Below, in pieces: positions 40,623 to 50,779 of a stretch of DNA of 64,000 nt. Under the pieces are notes generated by a model. That model was not told the DNA's origin and did not search any database. It was given only the letters and a program-made list of their open reading frames with translations. The DNA comes from an uncultured Acidobacteriota bacterium (GTDB lineage Bacteria > Acidobacteriota > UBA6911): assembly GCA_963827655.1 (NCBI GenBank), contig CAWHCF010000006.1:64001-128000 (forward strand). Direction: 5' to 3'. The translations under genes and the position numbers were made by a program. Within the stretch, counting starts at the first letter, position 1; each line of letters starts with the position of its first letter.

Positions 40623-41672
40623 TAGAGAAGAGCTGCAACTGCGCGGCGCTCCCGCGGGTGAAGTGATGGGTGGACAGTTCAACGCGAGTTTGGTTCAGGC
40701 CGTACTTCCGGCACGACAGATTGAATAGAGTTCGAAGACTTTCCGCCAGTTTACCCTCGCCGCGCATTCGCGTTCCGAAACGGCTGTCGCTCAGTTTCCC
40801 GTCCCGCATGTCGCGCAAGCGCCCGAGTACTTTCGGGGCGCGCTCGGGTAACTCGCGCTTGAGCCAGTCGAGAAACAAGGGCTCCACCGCGCCTGGTAAT
40901 CGGACGAGAATGTAAGCCGCAGTGAGCGCTCCACGCGCCGCTGATTCTCTCAGAATCGACGGCAGTTCCTCGTCGGTCAGGCCCGGGATCAACGGAGCCG
41001 CGTTGACCCCGACCGGTATCCTGTTGGCAGCCAGGGTCTCCACCGCCTCCAGCCGCTTTGCCGGCGCCGACGCGCGCGGTTCCATGATTCTGGCCAGGCC
41101 GGGATCAAGGGTCGTGATCGAGAGATGTACATGTACCAGGTTCAATTTCGCCAGCTGCCGCAATATATCGAGGTCGCGCGTAATCAGAAGATTCTTGGTG
41201 ATCAATCCCACAGGATTGCGATACTTGAGAAAAACTTCAAGACAGCGGCGCGTCAACTGAAGCTTGCGCTCGATCGGCTGGTAGGCATCCGTGTTCCCCG
41301 AGAATGCAATAACCTGCGGCTTCCACGATTTTCGCTGGAAAGCTTGCTCCAACAACTGCGGCGCTTCCGGCTTCACGAGTATCTTCGATTCAAAGTCAAT
41401 CCCCGCGGAAAAGCCCAGGTACTCGTGAGACGGCCGGCGCATAGCAGTAGATGCAGCCATGCTCGCACCCGCGATAAGGATTGATGCTGAAGGTAAAGGG
41501 AACGTCCGGACTGTCATTTCGAGCCAGGATTTCGCGCGTGGAGTCGATAAAAAGCTCGGTCGGGACAGCCGGCTCGTCGTCGCAGAAACTCATCCAGGGG
41601 CTCGAACCGCATGGGCTCGAACCGGTTGGGTGGATTGAAGCTGGCCCCACGCCCTTTTTTTGCCTCCGCCAT
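40618..41672 (-). CDS. PA0069-family radical SAM protein; frameshifts near 41440 and 41600
   Basis: KGRGA..NPPNRF, SINPYRGCEHGCIYCYA, SGNTDAYQP, ITK, MEPRAS. Confidence 0.88.
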
Positions 41673-41838
41673 GGGGTAAAGATAAAAGAACTCGACCCGC
41701 GATGCAAATCAGCGGCCGCTGCCCGTGTCGTCATCGGTTGAGCAGATCCCTGGAATTCGGCGCTACAATCCACGCATCATTTTGATATAGTCCGCCCCGG
41801 TGGTAACTCTGGTTACAACTATCCAAAGGAGGGATCCG

Positions 41839-42273
41839 ATGCTCAAGGAATTCAAAGAATTCGCCATGCGCGGAAACGTGCTGGACCTGGCCATCGGTTT
41901 GGTTCTCGGCGCAGCCTTCGGCACGATCGTGACCTCGTTTGTCAATGACATCCTTATGCCCCCCGTCGGTCTTGCACTCGGCAAGGTTGATTTTGCAAAT
42001 CTCTTCATCGATCTTTCCGGGAGGGGTTTCAACACGCTGGCCGAGGCGAAAGCTGCAGCCGCGCCCACGATCAACTTTGGAGTGTTCCTGAATGCGGTCA
42101 TCAATTTCCTGATAGTTGCCTTCGCGATCTTTCTGCTCGTCCGTCAGATCAACAAGCTGAAGACGAAGCCGGAGGTAACTCCGACCAGCAAGCCATGCTC
42201 ATTCTGCTTCTCCGTCATCCCGATACAGGCCAAAAGGTGCCCGAACTGCACGTCCACGTTGAGTCCTGCCTAG
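41839..42273 (+). CDS. mscL: Large-conductance mechanosensitive channel
   Basis: [31 protein letters not shown]; C-terminal CxxC...CxxC. Confidence 0.95.
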   Translation: MLKEFKEFAMRGNVLDLAIGLVLGAAFGTIVTSFVNDILMPPVGLALGKVDFANLFIDLSGRGFNTLAEAKAAAAPTINFGVFLNAVINFLIVAFAIFLLVRQINKLKTKPEVTPTSKPCSFCFSVIPIQAKRCPNCTSTLSPA

Positions 42274-42479
42274 GTTCCTGGTGCGGAGAAAGTTCACAAT
42301 TCGATCAGGTTTTTTTGAGCTAGACTAGAACGGCAGAATCGGTGGAGGATGGAGTGCGGTAGCTTGCTTTGAACCTTACACGCAAGTGCCGCGCCTTGTG
42401 CGCTCAGGGTTTGCGTTTGTCCCGGCCTTCTTGTTGGCGCGGGTGCATTGTGAGGCTCGTTGCAAGAGTCGCCGGGCTT

Positions 42480-42591
42480 ATGTGCGGACGGGCTATCAAG
42501 CCCGTCCGGCCCGCTAGTGGCAGCAAAGAACTTTTTAAGGCTAAATGCTCACGATCACGTTACTGCGACGGGTCTGATGACCCGTCGCCAC
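42480..42591. repeat. REP/REPIN-like doublet
   Basis: Same palindromes as 22365-22596. Confidence 0.85.
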
Positions 42592-42839
42592 TGACGAATT
42601 TTTTCACACCATCTGACGGGCGGGGGACTGGAAGACCTCAAATCCGAGGTCCGATGGACCGGCACTCCGACTGCGCCGCACCTTGTGCGCTCATCGTTGT
42701 GAGACCCCGCCTTCCCGGGCTTTACGGCCGGGGCTAGCGCAGCTTCGCGCACTACTGCCGGGCCAACGTATTCGTCGTGTCGCGAAGGTTGGTTCGCCAG
42801 TTCCAATAACTGTTACACCCGGGACTCGCCAGCTCAATG

Positions 42840-44051
42840 ATGGCCAAACCTTACGATGTCGCGATTGTCGGAGGCGGAATCGTCGGCCTGGCAACCGCGC
42901 TCGCCCTTAACGAACTTAATCCCGCGCTGAAACTGGCGCTGCTCGAGAAGGAGTCGGGCGTCGCGCGTCATCAAACCGGGCATAACAGCGGCGTCATACA
43001 CGCCGGTATCTACTACAAGCCTGGCTCCTACAAGGCCAGGTTGTGTGTTGAAGGCGTGCGCCTGATGACCGCATTCTGCGATGCCAGCGGCATTCCCTAT
43101 CGAAGGTGCGGGAAGGTAATCGTCGCCGTTAACGAAGAGGAGTTACCGCGTCTTGAATCGCTTTATGAGCGGGGGAGAGCCAACGGCGTCCCGGGTCTGG
43201 AGATGATCGACGCCGCCCGGCTGCGGGAAATCGAGCCTCACGCGGGCGCACTCCGGGCGATCTACTCGCCCAACACCAGCATCGTAGATTTCGCCCAGGT
43301 CGGCCAAACCATTGCCGATCGCTTGCTCGGGCGCGGAGTCGAGATTCTGACTCGCGCCAGAGTACACCGGATCCGGCGAGTGGATGGAAGCATCCTGCTC
43401 GAGAGCGAGCGTGAACCGGTGGCGGCTCGCAACATCATTAATTGCGGAGGCCTCTATGCCGACGCCATCGCCCGGTTGATGGACATCCGTCCCAATCTGC
43501 GCATTATCCCCTTTCGAGGCGAGTTCTACGTGCTGCGACCCGGATGCAATCTGGTGCGCGGCTTGATTTACCCGGTTCCCGACCCGCAATTTCCCTTCCT
43601 GGGTGTGCACTTCACCCCGCGTATTCAAGGCGGGGTCGAAGCGGGACCGAACGCAGTCCTGGCTTTCGCTCTCGAGGGCTACCGAATGCGGGACATCCAT
43701 GTCGCCGAGGCGCTTGGCATGATTGCATACCCAGGCTTCTGGGCGATGGTGGGGCGGTACTGGCAAACCGGTCTCTACGAGTTTTACCGCTCGCTGAGCC
43801 GCCGTGCGTTTGTGACAGCCCTTCAGAGACTTGTCCCCGAGCTTCAGCCGAGCGACGTGAGCCGCGGCGGTTCCGGAGTGAGGGCGCAAGGCGTCAGCCC
43901 GGACGGCACTCTGGTGGATGATTTCAGCATCGTCGAAATTCCCAATGCCATTCACGTCTTGAATGCCCCGTCTCCGGCAGCGACCGCTTCACTCGCAATC
44001 GGCCGGCACATCGCCGGCCTGGCCTCCCGGTCGTTTGATCTGGGCAAGTAA
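42840..44051 (+). CDS. lhgO: L-2-hydroxyglutarate oxidase
   Basis: GGGIVG, HQTGHNSGVIHAGIYY, IYPVPDPQFPFLGVHFT, NAPSPAATASLAIG. Confidence 0.92.
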   Translation: MAKPYDVAIVGGGIVGLATALALNELNPALKLALLEKESGVARHQTGHNSGVIHAGIYYKPGSYKARLCVEGVRLMTAFCDASGIPYRRCGKVIVAVNEEELPRLESLYERGRANGVPGLEMIDAARLREIEPHAGALRAIYSPNTSIVDFAQVGQTIADRLLGRGVEILTRARVHRIRRVDGSILLESEREPVAARNIINCGGLYADAIARLMDIRPNLRIIPFRGEFYVLRPGCNLVRGLIYPVPDPQFPFLGVHFTPRIQGGVEAGPNAVLAFALEGYRMRDIHVAEALGMIAYPGFWAMVGRYWQTGLYEFYRSLSRRAFVTALQRLVPELQPSDVSRGGSGVRAQGVSPDGTLVDDFSIVEIPNAIHVLNAPSPAATASLAIGRHIAGLASRSFDLGK

Positions 44052-44113
44052 ATGGCGCGGCGGTCGATGCCTCAAAGATGACCGAGCGTCATTGACGCGA
44101 TGGGCTGACATGA

Positions 44114-44142
44114 TTGACACAGTGACACTCGCATGATAGGGT
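44114..44142 (+). promoter_or_regulatory. Sigma70 promoter, probably giving a leaderless TA mRNA
   Basis: TTGACA-N17-TAGGGT with extended TG; ATG 7 nt after the -10 with no SD; TGACA occurs three times (possible operator). Confidence 0.6.
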
Positions 44143-44148
44143 AGCGTC

Positions 44149-44442
44149 ATGCCTCGAAATTCTCCATCCGCCCTTGTGAGCGTAGACGAAGCGGGTCGCG
44201 TCCTCGGAATCTCCCTCTCCACGGTTTGGCGGCTAATCCGACGTGGCGCCCTCCCAAGTATCCGAAAAGGAGGACGGCGTTTTATTCCGAAAACAGCGCT
44301 GGTCGCGCGGGCCGTACAGAGGCAGAAACAGGTCATTCCACCGCTCACTCGCGATCACCCCATCTTCCGGCTTGTCGGTGCCGGGCGAGGTGGCGGAACC
44401 ATGCCCGGAGCCCGGGACAAACACGCCGTCCTTGACGAATGA
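44149..44442 (+). CDS. Excisionase-like HTH (HTH_17) protein, putative antitoxin
   Basis: VSVDEAGRVLGISLSTVWRLIRRGALPSIRKGGRR; ATGA overlap with the PIN gene. Confidence 0.8.
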   Translation: MPRNSPSALVSVDEAGRVLGISLSTVWRLIRRGALPSIRKGGRRFIPKTALVARAVQRQKQVIPPLTRDHPIFRLVGAGRGGGTMPGARDKHAVLDE

Positions 44443-44846
44443 GACGCAGCGTTCTTTGGGATTCAAGCGCCATTCTCGCCCTGCTCGACGCAGATGACGC
44501 CGATCATGAGCGCGCGGTCCGGGCTGCGCAGGGAATCGCATCGGGGCGACGGCCGAGCTTCATCACCAACTATATTGAAGCAGAAACTCACGCCCTGCTC
44601 TTGCGCAAACTCGGTCGCGCTCTGGCACTGGAGTGGCTTCTGAGAGGAGGTCTCCCGGTCCTCAGGGTCCTTCCGCGTGAAGAGGAACGGGCCAGAGAAA
44701 TTCTCTCGCGTCACGCGGATAAGGATTGGAGCCTGTGCGATGCGATCTCGTTCGCCGTAATCGAGCTACGGGAGGTTCGGACCGCGTTCAGTTTCGATCG
44801 ACATTTCCGCCAGTACGGTCGATTCGAGGTATTGGGACCAAAATAG
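44439..44846 (+). CDS. vapC: VapC/PIN-domain toxin
   Basis: WDSSAILALLD, SLCDAISF, FSFDRHF. Confidence 0.9.
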   Translation: MRRSVLWDSSAILALLDADDADHERAVRAAQGIASGRRPSFITNYIEAETHALLLRKLGRALALEWLLRGGLPVLRVLPREEERAREILSRHADKDWSLCDAISFAVIELREVRTAFSFDRHFRQYGRFEVLGPK

Positions 44847-44920
44847 CAATCCACTCTTCTAAAAGTAACCGCGAACGCGCCGATTAAGGAGGGGCTGAAT
44901 GAACTCGAGTAAAGAAGACA

Positions 44921-46582
44921 ATGGTTGAATCGTGCCGCTGCCGTGATCTGCCGATGGTATTGATCAGTCAGGCCGGCTTCACGCCTCAACCCGCCGGCCC
45001 AACAAAGAAAGTTTTTCGCTGGGCGCGGTTCGAAGCCCAGTTCACGAGTTCGGGCGACTATGAAAACCCTCTGCAGGACGTCCGGGTTGAGGTCGATTTC
45101 ACGTCTCCGACTGGAAAGACCCGAAGTGTCGAAGCCTTCTGGTACGGCGCCAGGAACTGGAAGGTACGCCTCGCACCGGAAGAAACCGGAAAATGGACTT
45201 ATAGGTCTCGCAGCTCGAAAGCGGACGATGCGGGACTGAACGGCCAATCGGGTTCCTTCGACTGCGCCGCTTATTCCGGGCGGAACCCATTGTATCTGCA
45301 CGGAGGTCTCAAGGTTTCCGACGATCGCCGCTACCTTGCGCACGCGGATGGCACCCCTTTTTTCTGGCTGGGCGACACGGCATGGAACGGTGTGCTCAAG
45401 GCTGATCCCGGGAGTTGGGACCTCTACCTCAGAGACCGTGTGGCGAAGGGATTCAACGTAGTCCAGTACGTGACGACGCAGTGGCGCACTGCCTCCGGAA
45501 ATGCCGACGGGCGGCCGGCTTTTTACGGGCGAGAGAAAATCTCGATCGATCCGGTCTTCTACCAGTGGATGGATGAACGGGTTGATGCCATGAACGATCT
45601 CGGAGTGGTGGCTGCGCCCGTCCTGATCTGGGCCATCGCCGGCGCCACCGCCATGCTGAATCCCGGCAACATGCTCCCCGACGATCAGATCATCACGTTG
45701 GCCCGCTACATGGTGGCGCGCTACGGCGCCCACCACGTGGTTTGGTTTCTTGCCGGCGACGCAGACTACCGCGGCGAGAAAGCCGAGCGCTGGAAAAAGA
45801 TCGGGCGCGCAGTTTTTGGCAGCCAGCCGAACCGGCTCGCCACCATGCACCCGGGAGGCCGAATGTGGGTTGCCGACGAGTTCCGCGACGAACCCTGGTT
45901 CAGCTTCAACGGATATCAGAGCGGGCACAACGACAGCGCAGAATCAATGCGCTGGCATGCGGAAGGGCCTCCCAGCCAGGGCTGGAAAAAAGAACCGCAC
46001 CATCCCGAGATAAACCTGGAGCCCAACTATGAAGCCCATATTGCCCGGCCCTCGATGAAAGTCTTCGATGCGCATGCAGTGAGGCGCGCGGCATACTGGA
46101 GCCTGCTTATCGCGCCTCCCGCCGGCGTGAGTTACGGCGGCCATGGAATCTGGAGCTGGGAACTCAAGCCCAATCCCCCGATGACTCACCCCTACACTGG
46201 CACAGCGCCGCCGTGGCACGAAGCGATGAAACACCCCGGCAGCACGAGCATGAAACATCTAAAGGATCTCTTCTCCTCGCTCGACTGGTGGAGACTGCGC
46301 CCCGACCAGGACGCCCTCGTCGATCAGCCAGGACGGGAGTCGCCCGACCGGTTCATCGCTGCCGCCCGGAGCGAGAGCGGCGACGCATTCCTGGCCTACA
46401 TTCCTGAAGGGGGCAAGGTTGCGATCAAGATGGATCGCTTCAAGTCCGGTGTCGCCGCACACTGGTTCAATCCCGCGACCGGGGCGCGTTCTTCGATCGG
46501 CAGGATTTCGAACCAGGGAACTCACGAGTTCGCGGCGGAGGGAGGCAGGGATTGGGTTCTGTTGCTGAAGGCTGCGAAGTAG
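44921..46582 (+). CDS. DUF5060 + DUF4038 (apiosidase-like) + collagen-binding-type domain putative glycoside hydrolase; 5' end uncertain
   Basis: WKVRLAP..GKW, HADGTPFFWLGDTAW, YQSGH, NLEPNYE, WFNPATG, DWVLLL. Confidence 0.82.
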   Translation: MVESCRCRDLPMVLISQAGFTPQPAGPTKKVFRWARFEAQFTSSGDYENPLQDVRVEVDFTSPTGKTRSVEAFWYGARNWKVRLAPEETGKWTYRSRSSKADDAGLNGQSGSFDCAAYSGRNPLYLHGGLKVSDDRRYLAHADGTPFFWLGDTAWNGVLKADPGSWDLYLRDRVAKGFNVVQYVTTQWRTASGNADGRPAFYGREKISIDPVFYQWMDERVDAMNDLGVVAAPVLIWAIAGATAMLNPGNMLPDDQIITLARYMVARYGAHHVVWFLAGDADYRGEKAERWKKIGRAVFGSQPNRLATMHPGGRMWVADEFRDEPWFSFNGYQSGHNDSAESMRWHAEGPPSQGWKKEPHHPEINLEPNYEAHIARPSMKVFDAHAVRRAAYWSLLIAPPAGVSYGGHGIWSWELKPNPPMTHPYTGTAPPWHEAMKHPGSTSMKHLKDLFSSLDWWRLRPDQDALVDQPGRESPDRFIAAARSESGDAFLAYIPEGGKVAIKMDRFKSGVAAHWFNPATGARSSIGRISNQGTHEFAAEGGRDWVLLLKAAK

Positions 46583-46782
46583 CACGCCGTTGCCGCCTCA
46601 GTTTTGGCAGGATTCTTGGTGTTTCTTCGTGTCTTGGAGCGATAATCTTGTTCCCGGGCAAGATTCTCCACAAGTAGAGCGCAAAATTCTGCTACGGATT
46701 ACACAATTTTCACAGAGCCAATTCAGGTTTCGTGAAATTCGTGGAATCTGTGGCGAGTATTTGGTTGTGGCCAAAGACAGCT

Positions 46783-46913
46783 GCAGGTGAATGCATGACA
46801 ATTCTACCGTCGAGGTATTCCCAGTCGCTGTCTTCGTCCGCCAGGCGGTAAAACTCTTCTTCACTGACCCCGGGTTTGACAATAAGATAGGGCGGTTCCA
46901 GGCTGAGTCGCAT
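46783..46913 (-). pseudogene. 5' remnant of a Uma2-family endonuclease gene
   Basis: SEEEFYRLADEDSDWEYLDGRIVMHSPA, then runs into a 9-mer repeat element. Confidence 0.7.
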
Positions 46914-46969
46914 GGAAGCATTATAACACCCGCGACTCGACCGATCGGTCACCCTGTGTTCTTGTCTTC

Positions 46970-48052
46970 GTGGTTGAAGTGACGAGATCTCGCTTCCTCT
47001 TTGTCGCCGTGATGGCCTGCTGTTTCACAAGAGCTGCGCTGGGCCATCCGATTCCTTTCAGCTACCTCGATCTGCGCCTGGCACCCCACGGACTCGACGG
47101 AACGCTCACCGTTCATGCCATCGACCTGGCTCACGATTTGAACCTGGAGTCGCCGGGTCTTCTGCTCAGCCAATCCTTCGTCGAGGGTAACAGAGCGGGG
47201 ATCGTGGCTCTGGTCCAATCGCGTCTGGTCATGATGGCCGACGGGGCAACCCTCCAGCTCGAACCGGGGAAGATCGAGGCGTTGCCCGAGAGACAATCGG
47301 TCGGCTTGCAGATGTCCGCTCGCTGGACTCGCCTCCCAGGCGTGCTGGAAGTGCGGTGCGGGCTATTCCCGTATGATCCCCAGCACCAGACATTTCTGAA
47401 CATCTATGAAGGAGAGAGACTTGCCCACCAGGAAATATTCGACAAGGATCGCCAGGTGTTCGAGTACTTCACCGGCAGCCATCAGGGCACACGGGCGGTG
47501 GTCAAGAAATTTGTTCCCGCCGGCGTCCACCATATTTTTATTGGACCGGACCACATCCTCTTCATCATAGGGCTCATGTTGATGGGCGGGGGACTTTTTC
47601 GGTTGTTGAAAATCGTGACCGCCTTTACCGTCGCCCACAGCATTACGCTTGCGCTGGCCACGCTGAATATCGTCAATCCGCCATCACACATCATTGAACC
47701 CGCCATCGCTCTGAGCATCATGTATGTCGGGGCTGACAACTTGATGGTAGGCAAAGAAGGCCGCGACTTGCGGACGTGGATTGCGTTTTTCTTCGGGTTG
47801 CTGCACGGTTTCGGCTTCGCCACCGTGCTGCGCGAATTCGGCTTGCCGGCGCAGGCCCTGGGCTGGTCGCTCTTCTCGTTTAATCTGGGAGTTGAAATCG
47901 GCCAGGCCCTCATCGTGCTGGCCGTGGTTCCTTTGCTGGCGATGATCCGCAGGCGCAATCATCGGCTTGCGGCCCGAATCGTCAAGGCCGGGTCGGTATG
48001 CGTCATTCTGGCAGGCGGCTACTGGTTCCTGCAGCGCCTCTTGTTCGATTGA
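46970..48052 (+). CDS. HupE/UreJ-family protein
   Basis: GVHHIFIGPDHILF, TAFTVAHSITL, FGLLHGFGFA, FNLGVEIGQ. Confidence 0.9.
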   Translation: MVEVTRSRFLFVAVMACCFTRAALGHPIPFSYLDLRLAPHGLDGTLTVHAIDLAHDLNLESPGLLLSQSFVEGNRAGIVALVQSRLVMMADGATLQLEPGKIEALPERQSVGLQMSARWTRLPGVLEVRCGLFPYDPQHQTFLNIYEGERLAHQEIFDKDRQVFEYFTGSHQGTRAVVKKFVPAGVHHIFIGPDHILFIIGLMLMGGGLFRLLKIVTAFTVAHSITLALATLNIVNPPSHIIEPAIALSIMYVGADNLMVGKEGRDLRTWIAFFFGLLHGFGFATVLREFGLPAQALGWSLFSFNLGVEIGQALIVLAVVPLLAMIRRRNHRLAARIVKAGSVCVILAGGYWFLQRLLFD

Positions 48053-48143
48053 CGATTTACGATTGACGATTGACGATTGGGGCTGGGTGGCTGCCGGGCG
48101 ATCATGCAGTTCAATCGTCAATCGTAAATCGTCAATCGTCAAT
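48048..48143. repeat. Inverted pair of GATTGAC/GTCAATC heptamer arrays
   Basis: 48048-48081 and 48112-48143 are reverse-complementary, forming a long hairpin. Confidence 0.9.
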
Positions 48144-48183
48144 GATGATATGATCCGACTCAACATCCACAGGAGATGACCTC

Positions 48184-49050
48184 ATGAAGCGTTTAGCCGT
48201 TCTCGCAAGTCTGCTGATCGTGGGAGCGCTGCCGGTTCTGATGACCCAGGGACAGGCGCAGCAGAATGTCGCTGAAATCCAGAAGGTCAAAGACAATCTC
48301 TACATGATCAGCGGGGGTGGCGGAAACACCGCCGCCTTCATCACGGACAAAGGGGTGGTAGTGGTCGACACGAAGCTCGCGAAGTGGGGCCAGGCAATAC
48401 TGGACAAGATCAAGTCGGTCACCGACAAGCCTGTGACTATTATCATCAACACTCATACCCACGGCGACCATGTCGGCAGCAACAATGAATTCCCGGGCAA
48501 CATCGAATTCGTCGCTCACGAGAATTGCAAGGCCAGCATGGAGAAGATGCCCCAGTTCCAGAGTGAGGAGGGAAAGAAATTTCTTCCCCGCCGGACTTAC
48601 AAGGACAAAATGAGCCTCCTGGGCGGGAAGGATAAAGTAGACCTTTACTATTTCGGACGCGGTCACACGAGCGGCGACACGATCATAGTTTTTCCGGCGC
48701 TTAGGACCATGCACACCGGCGACCTCTTCGCCGCGAAAGCAACTCCTCTGATCGACACGAACAACGGCGGCAGTGGAGTCGAATATCCCAACACCTTGAA
48801 AAACGCAGCGTCCGGAATAAAGGATGTCGAGACGGTTATTCCTGGTCACAGCCCGGTGACCGATTGGAAAGCCTTCCAGGAATTCGCCGAGTTCAACCGC
48901 GCGTTCCTTGAAGCGGTACAGCAGTCCAAGAAGGAAGGCAAGAGCGCCGAGGATGCAGCGGCTGCCCTCAAGCTGCCGGAGAAATTCAAGGACTTCGGCA
49001 CGCCGCGTCTCAAGGACAACGTTACCAAGATCTATACTGAGCTGAAGTGA
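48184..49050 (+). CDS. Secreted MBL-fold metallo-hydrolase (cyclase-like)
   Basis: NTHTHGDHVG, GHTSGD, TGDL, IPGH. Confidence 0.9.
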   Translation: MKRLAVLASLLIVGALPVLMTQGQAQQNVAEIQKVKDNLYMISGGGGNTAAFITDKGVVVVDTKLAKWGQAILDKIKSVTDKPVTIIINTHTHGDHVGSNNEFPGNIEFVAHENCKASMEKMPQFQSEEGKKFLPRRTYKDKMSLLGGKDKVDLYYFGRGHTSGDTIIVFPALRTMHTGDLFAAKATPLIDTNNGGSGVEYPNTLKNAASGIKDVETVIPGHSPVTDWKAFQEFAEFNRAFLEAVQQSKKEGKSAEDAAAALKLPEKFKDFGTPRLKDNVTKIYTELK

Positions 49051-49054
49051 ACCT

Positions 49055-50731
49055 ATGAAGGCCCTCTACATTCTTCTGTTCGGGCTCGCCCTTGCTCCCC
49101 AGGCTCCCTACGATCTCGTGATCCGGGGCGGGCGCCTCCTGGATGGTGCCGGTAATCCCTGGGTTCGCGCCGACCTCGCAATTCGGGGCGATCGCATCGC
49201 CGCCATCGGGCAACTCGGCGACCTGCCGGCTCGCCGCACGATCGACGCGCGCAACCGTATCGTCGCGCCCGGATTCATCGACATGCACAGCCACTCCGAC
49301 TTCGCCCTGCTGGTCGAGGGGCGCGCCGAGAGCAAGGTGCGGCAGGGAGTCACGACGGAAGTTCTGGGCGAATCGGGCTCAGCCGCTCCGGTCATCGGAC
49401 CGGTGGTGGACGCGATGAAAAACTCCCTCGCTCCTCTGGGGCTGCAGCTCGACTGGAGCGATTTCGCAGGCTACTTCGCTCGTCTTGAAAAACAGGGTAT
49501 CTCGGTCAACGTCCTCACGTTCGCCGGATCGGGACAGCTTCGTTCAGCTGTCATGGGGTACGACAACCGGCCGCCGTCGGCAAGCGAACTCGAGCGTATG
49601 AAGACACTGCTGCGCGACGCCATGTCGCAGGGCGCCTTTGGGCTCTCCAGCGGCCTGATCTATCCTCCCAACAGCTATATGAAGACCGACGAGCTGGTCG
49701 AGCTGGCGCGCGAGGCTGCGCGCGCCGGCGGCTTGTACATTTCGCACGTCCGCGGCGAAGGTACCTCTCTGCTCGAGGCGCTGAAGGAGGCGGTCGCAAT
49801 CGGCGAGCGCGCCGGCCTGCCGGTGGAAATTTTTCACTTCAAAGCGACCGGCTTTATGCGCGGGAAGATTCTCGAAGCGGTCCGGATCATCGAAGAGGCG
49901 CGGGCTCGCGGCCTTGACATCGCCGCCAATCAGTATCCTTACGTGGCGGGGTCTACCGGCCTGAGCGCCAGCATTCCGTCGTGGGCTCACGAAGGCGGCC
50001 GCCTCAAGCTGGTCGAGAGGCTCAAGGACCCGCAGGCGCGCGAGCGCATCAAGGCCGAAATGAAAACGGGAGCGCCGGGTTGGCACAATCTGGTCAAAGA
50101 GACGGGGAATTTCGAGAATATCCGGGTCGCCTCGGTACGGTCCGATAGCAACAAGAAGTTCGAGGGCCGGTCGATCGCCGCAATTGCGAAAGAACGCGGC
50201 ACGACGCCGGAAGACGCATTGATGGATTTGCTGATCGAGGAGCAGGGAAACGTCGGCGCTATCTATTTCTCGATGATCGAAGACGACGTGAAGACGGCCA
50301 TGAAGCTTCCCTGGGTCAGCATCGGCTCGGATGGCACGGCAGTGAGTCCGGAGGGCGTCCTTGGCAGGGGAAAGCCTCACCCGCGCTTCTACGGCACTTT
50401 TCCCCGGATTCTGGGCAAGTACGTCCGGGAGGAGAAGATCCTGACGCTCGAGGATGCCGTGCGCAAGATGACTTCCCTGCCGGCCGCGCGCCTCAGGCTT
50501 TCGGATCGCGGACTCCTACGAGCCGGGATGGCGGCCGATGTCGTGGTGTTCGATCCTGAGCGCGTGATCGATCGCGCCACTTTTGACGATCCCCACCGAT
50601 ACGCCGAAGGAATCGACGTTGTGGTTGTGAACGGCCAGGTTGTGTTGGATGAAGGCCGGCACACCGGAGCAAGCCCGGGCCGCGCATTGCGGGGTCCCGG
50701 ATATCGAAGCGCGGCACTGCGGACCAACTAG
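49055..50731 (+). CDS. N-acyl-D-amino-acid deacylase (D-aminoacylase)
   Basis: APGFIDMHSHSD, GLIYPP, YPYVAGST, GSDG, HPRFYGTFPR. Confidence 0.92.
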   Translation: MKALYILLFGLALAPQAPYDLVIRGGRLLDGAGNPWVRADLAIRGDRIAAIGQLGDLPARRTIDARNRIVAPGFIDMHSHSDFALLVEGRAESKVRQGVTTEVLGESGSAAPVIGPVVDAMKNSLAPLGLQLDWSDFAGYFARLEKQGISVNVLTFAGSGQLRSAVMGYDNRPPSASELERMKTLLRDAMSQGAFGLSSGLIYPPNSYMKTDELVELAREAARAGGLYISHVRGEGTSLLEALKEAVAIGERAGLPVEIFHFKATGFMRGKILEAVRIIEEARARGLDIAANQYPYVAGSTGLSASIPSWAHEGGRLKLVERLKDPQARERIKAEMKTGAPGWHNLVKETGNFENIRVASVRSDSNKKFEGRSIAAIAKERGTTPEDALMDLLIEEQGNVGAIYFSMIEDDVKTAMKLPWVSIGSDGTAVSPEGVLGRGKPHPRFYGTFPRILGKYVREEKILTLEDAVRKMTSLPAARLRLSDRGLLRAGMAADVVVFDPERVIDRATFDDPHRYAEGIDVVVVNGQVVLDEGRHTGASPGRALRGPGYRSAALRTN

Positions 50732-50779
50732 TCTCTGACAACCGCAAAAGACGCAAAGAACGCCTGGAGGTCGAGCCAT

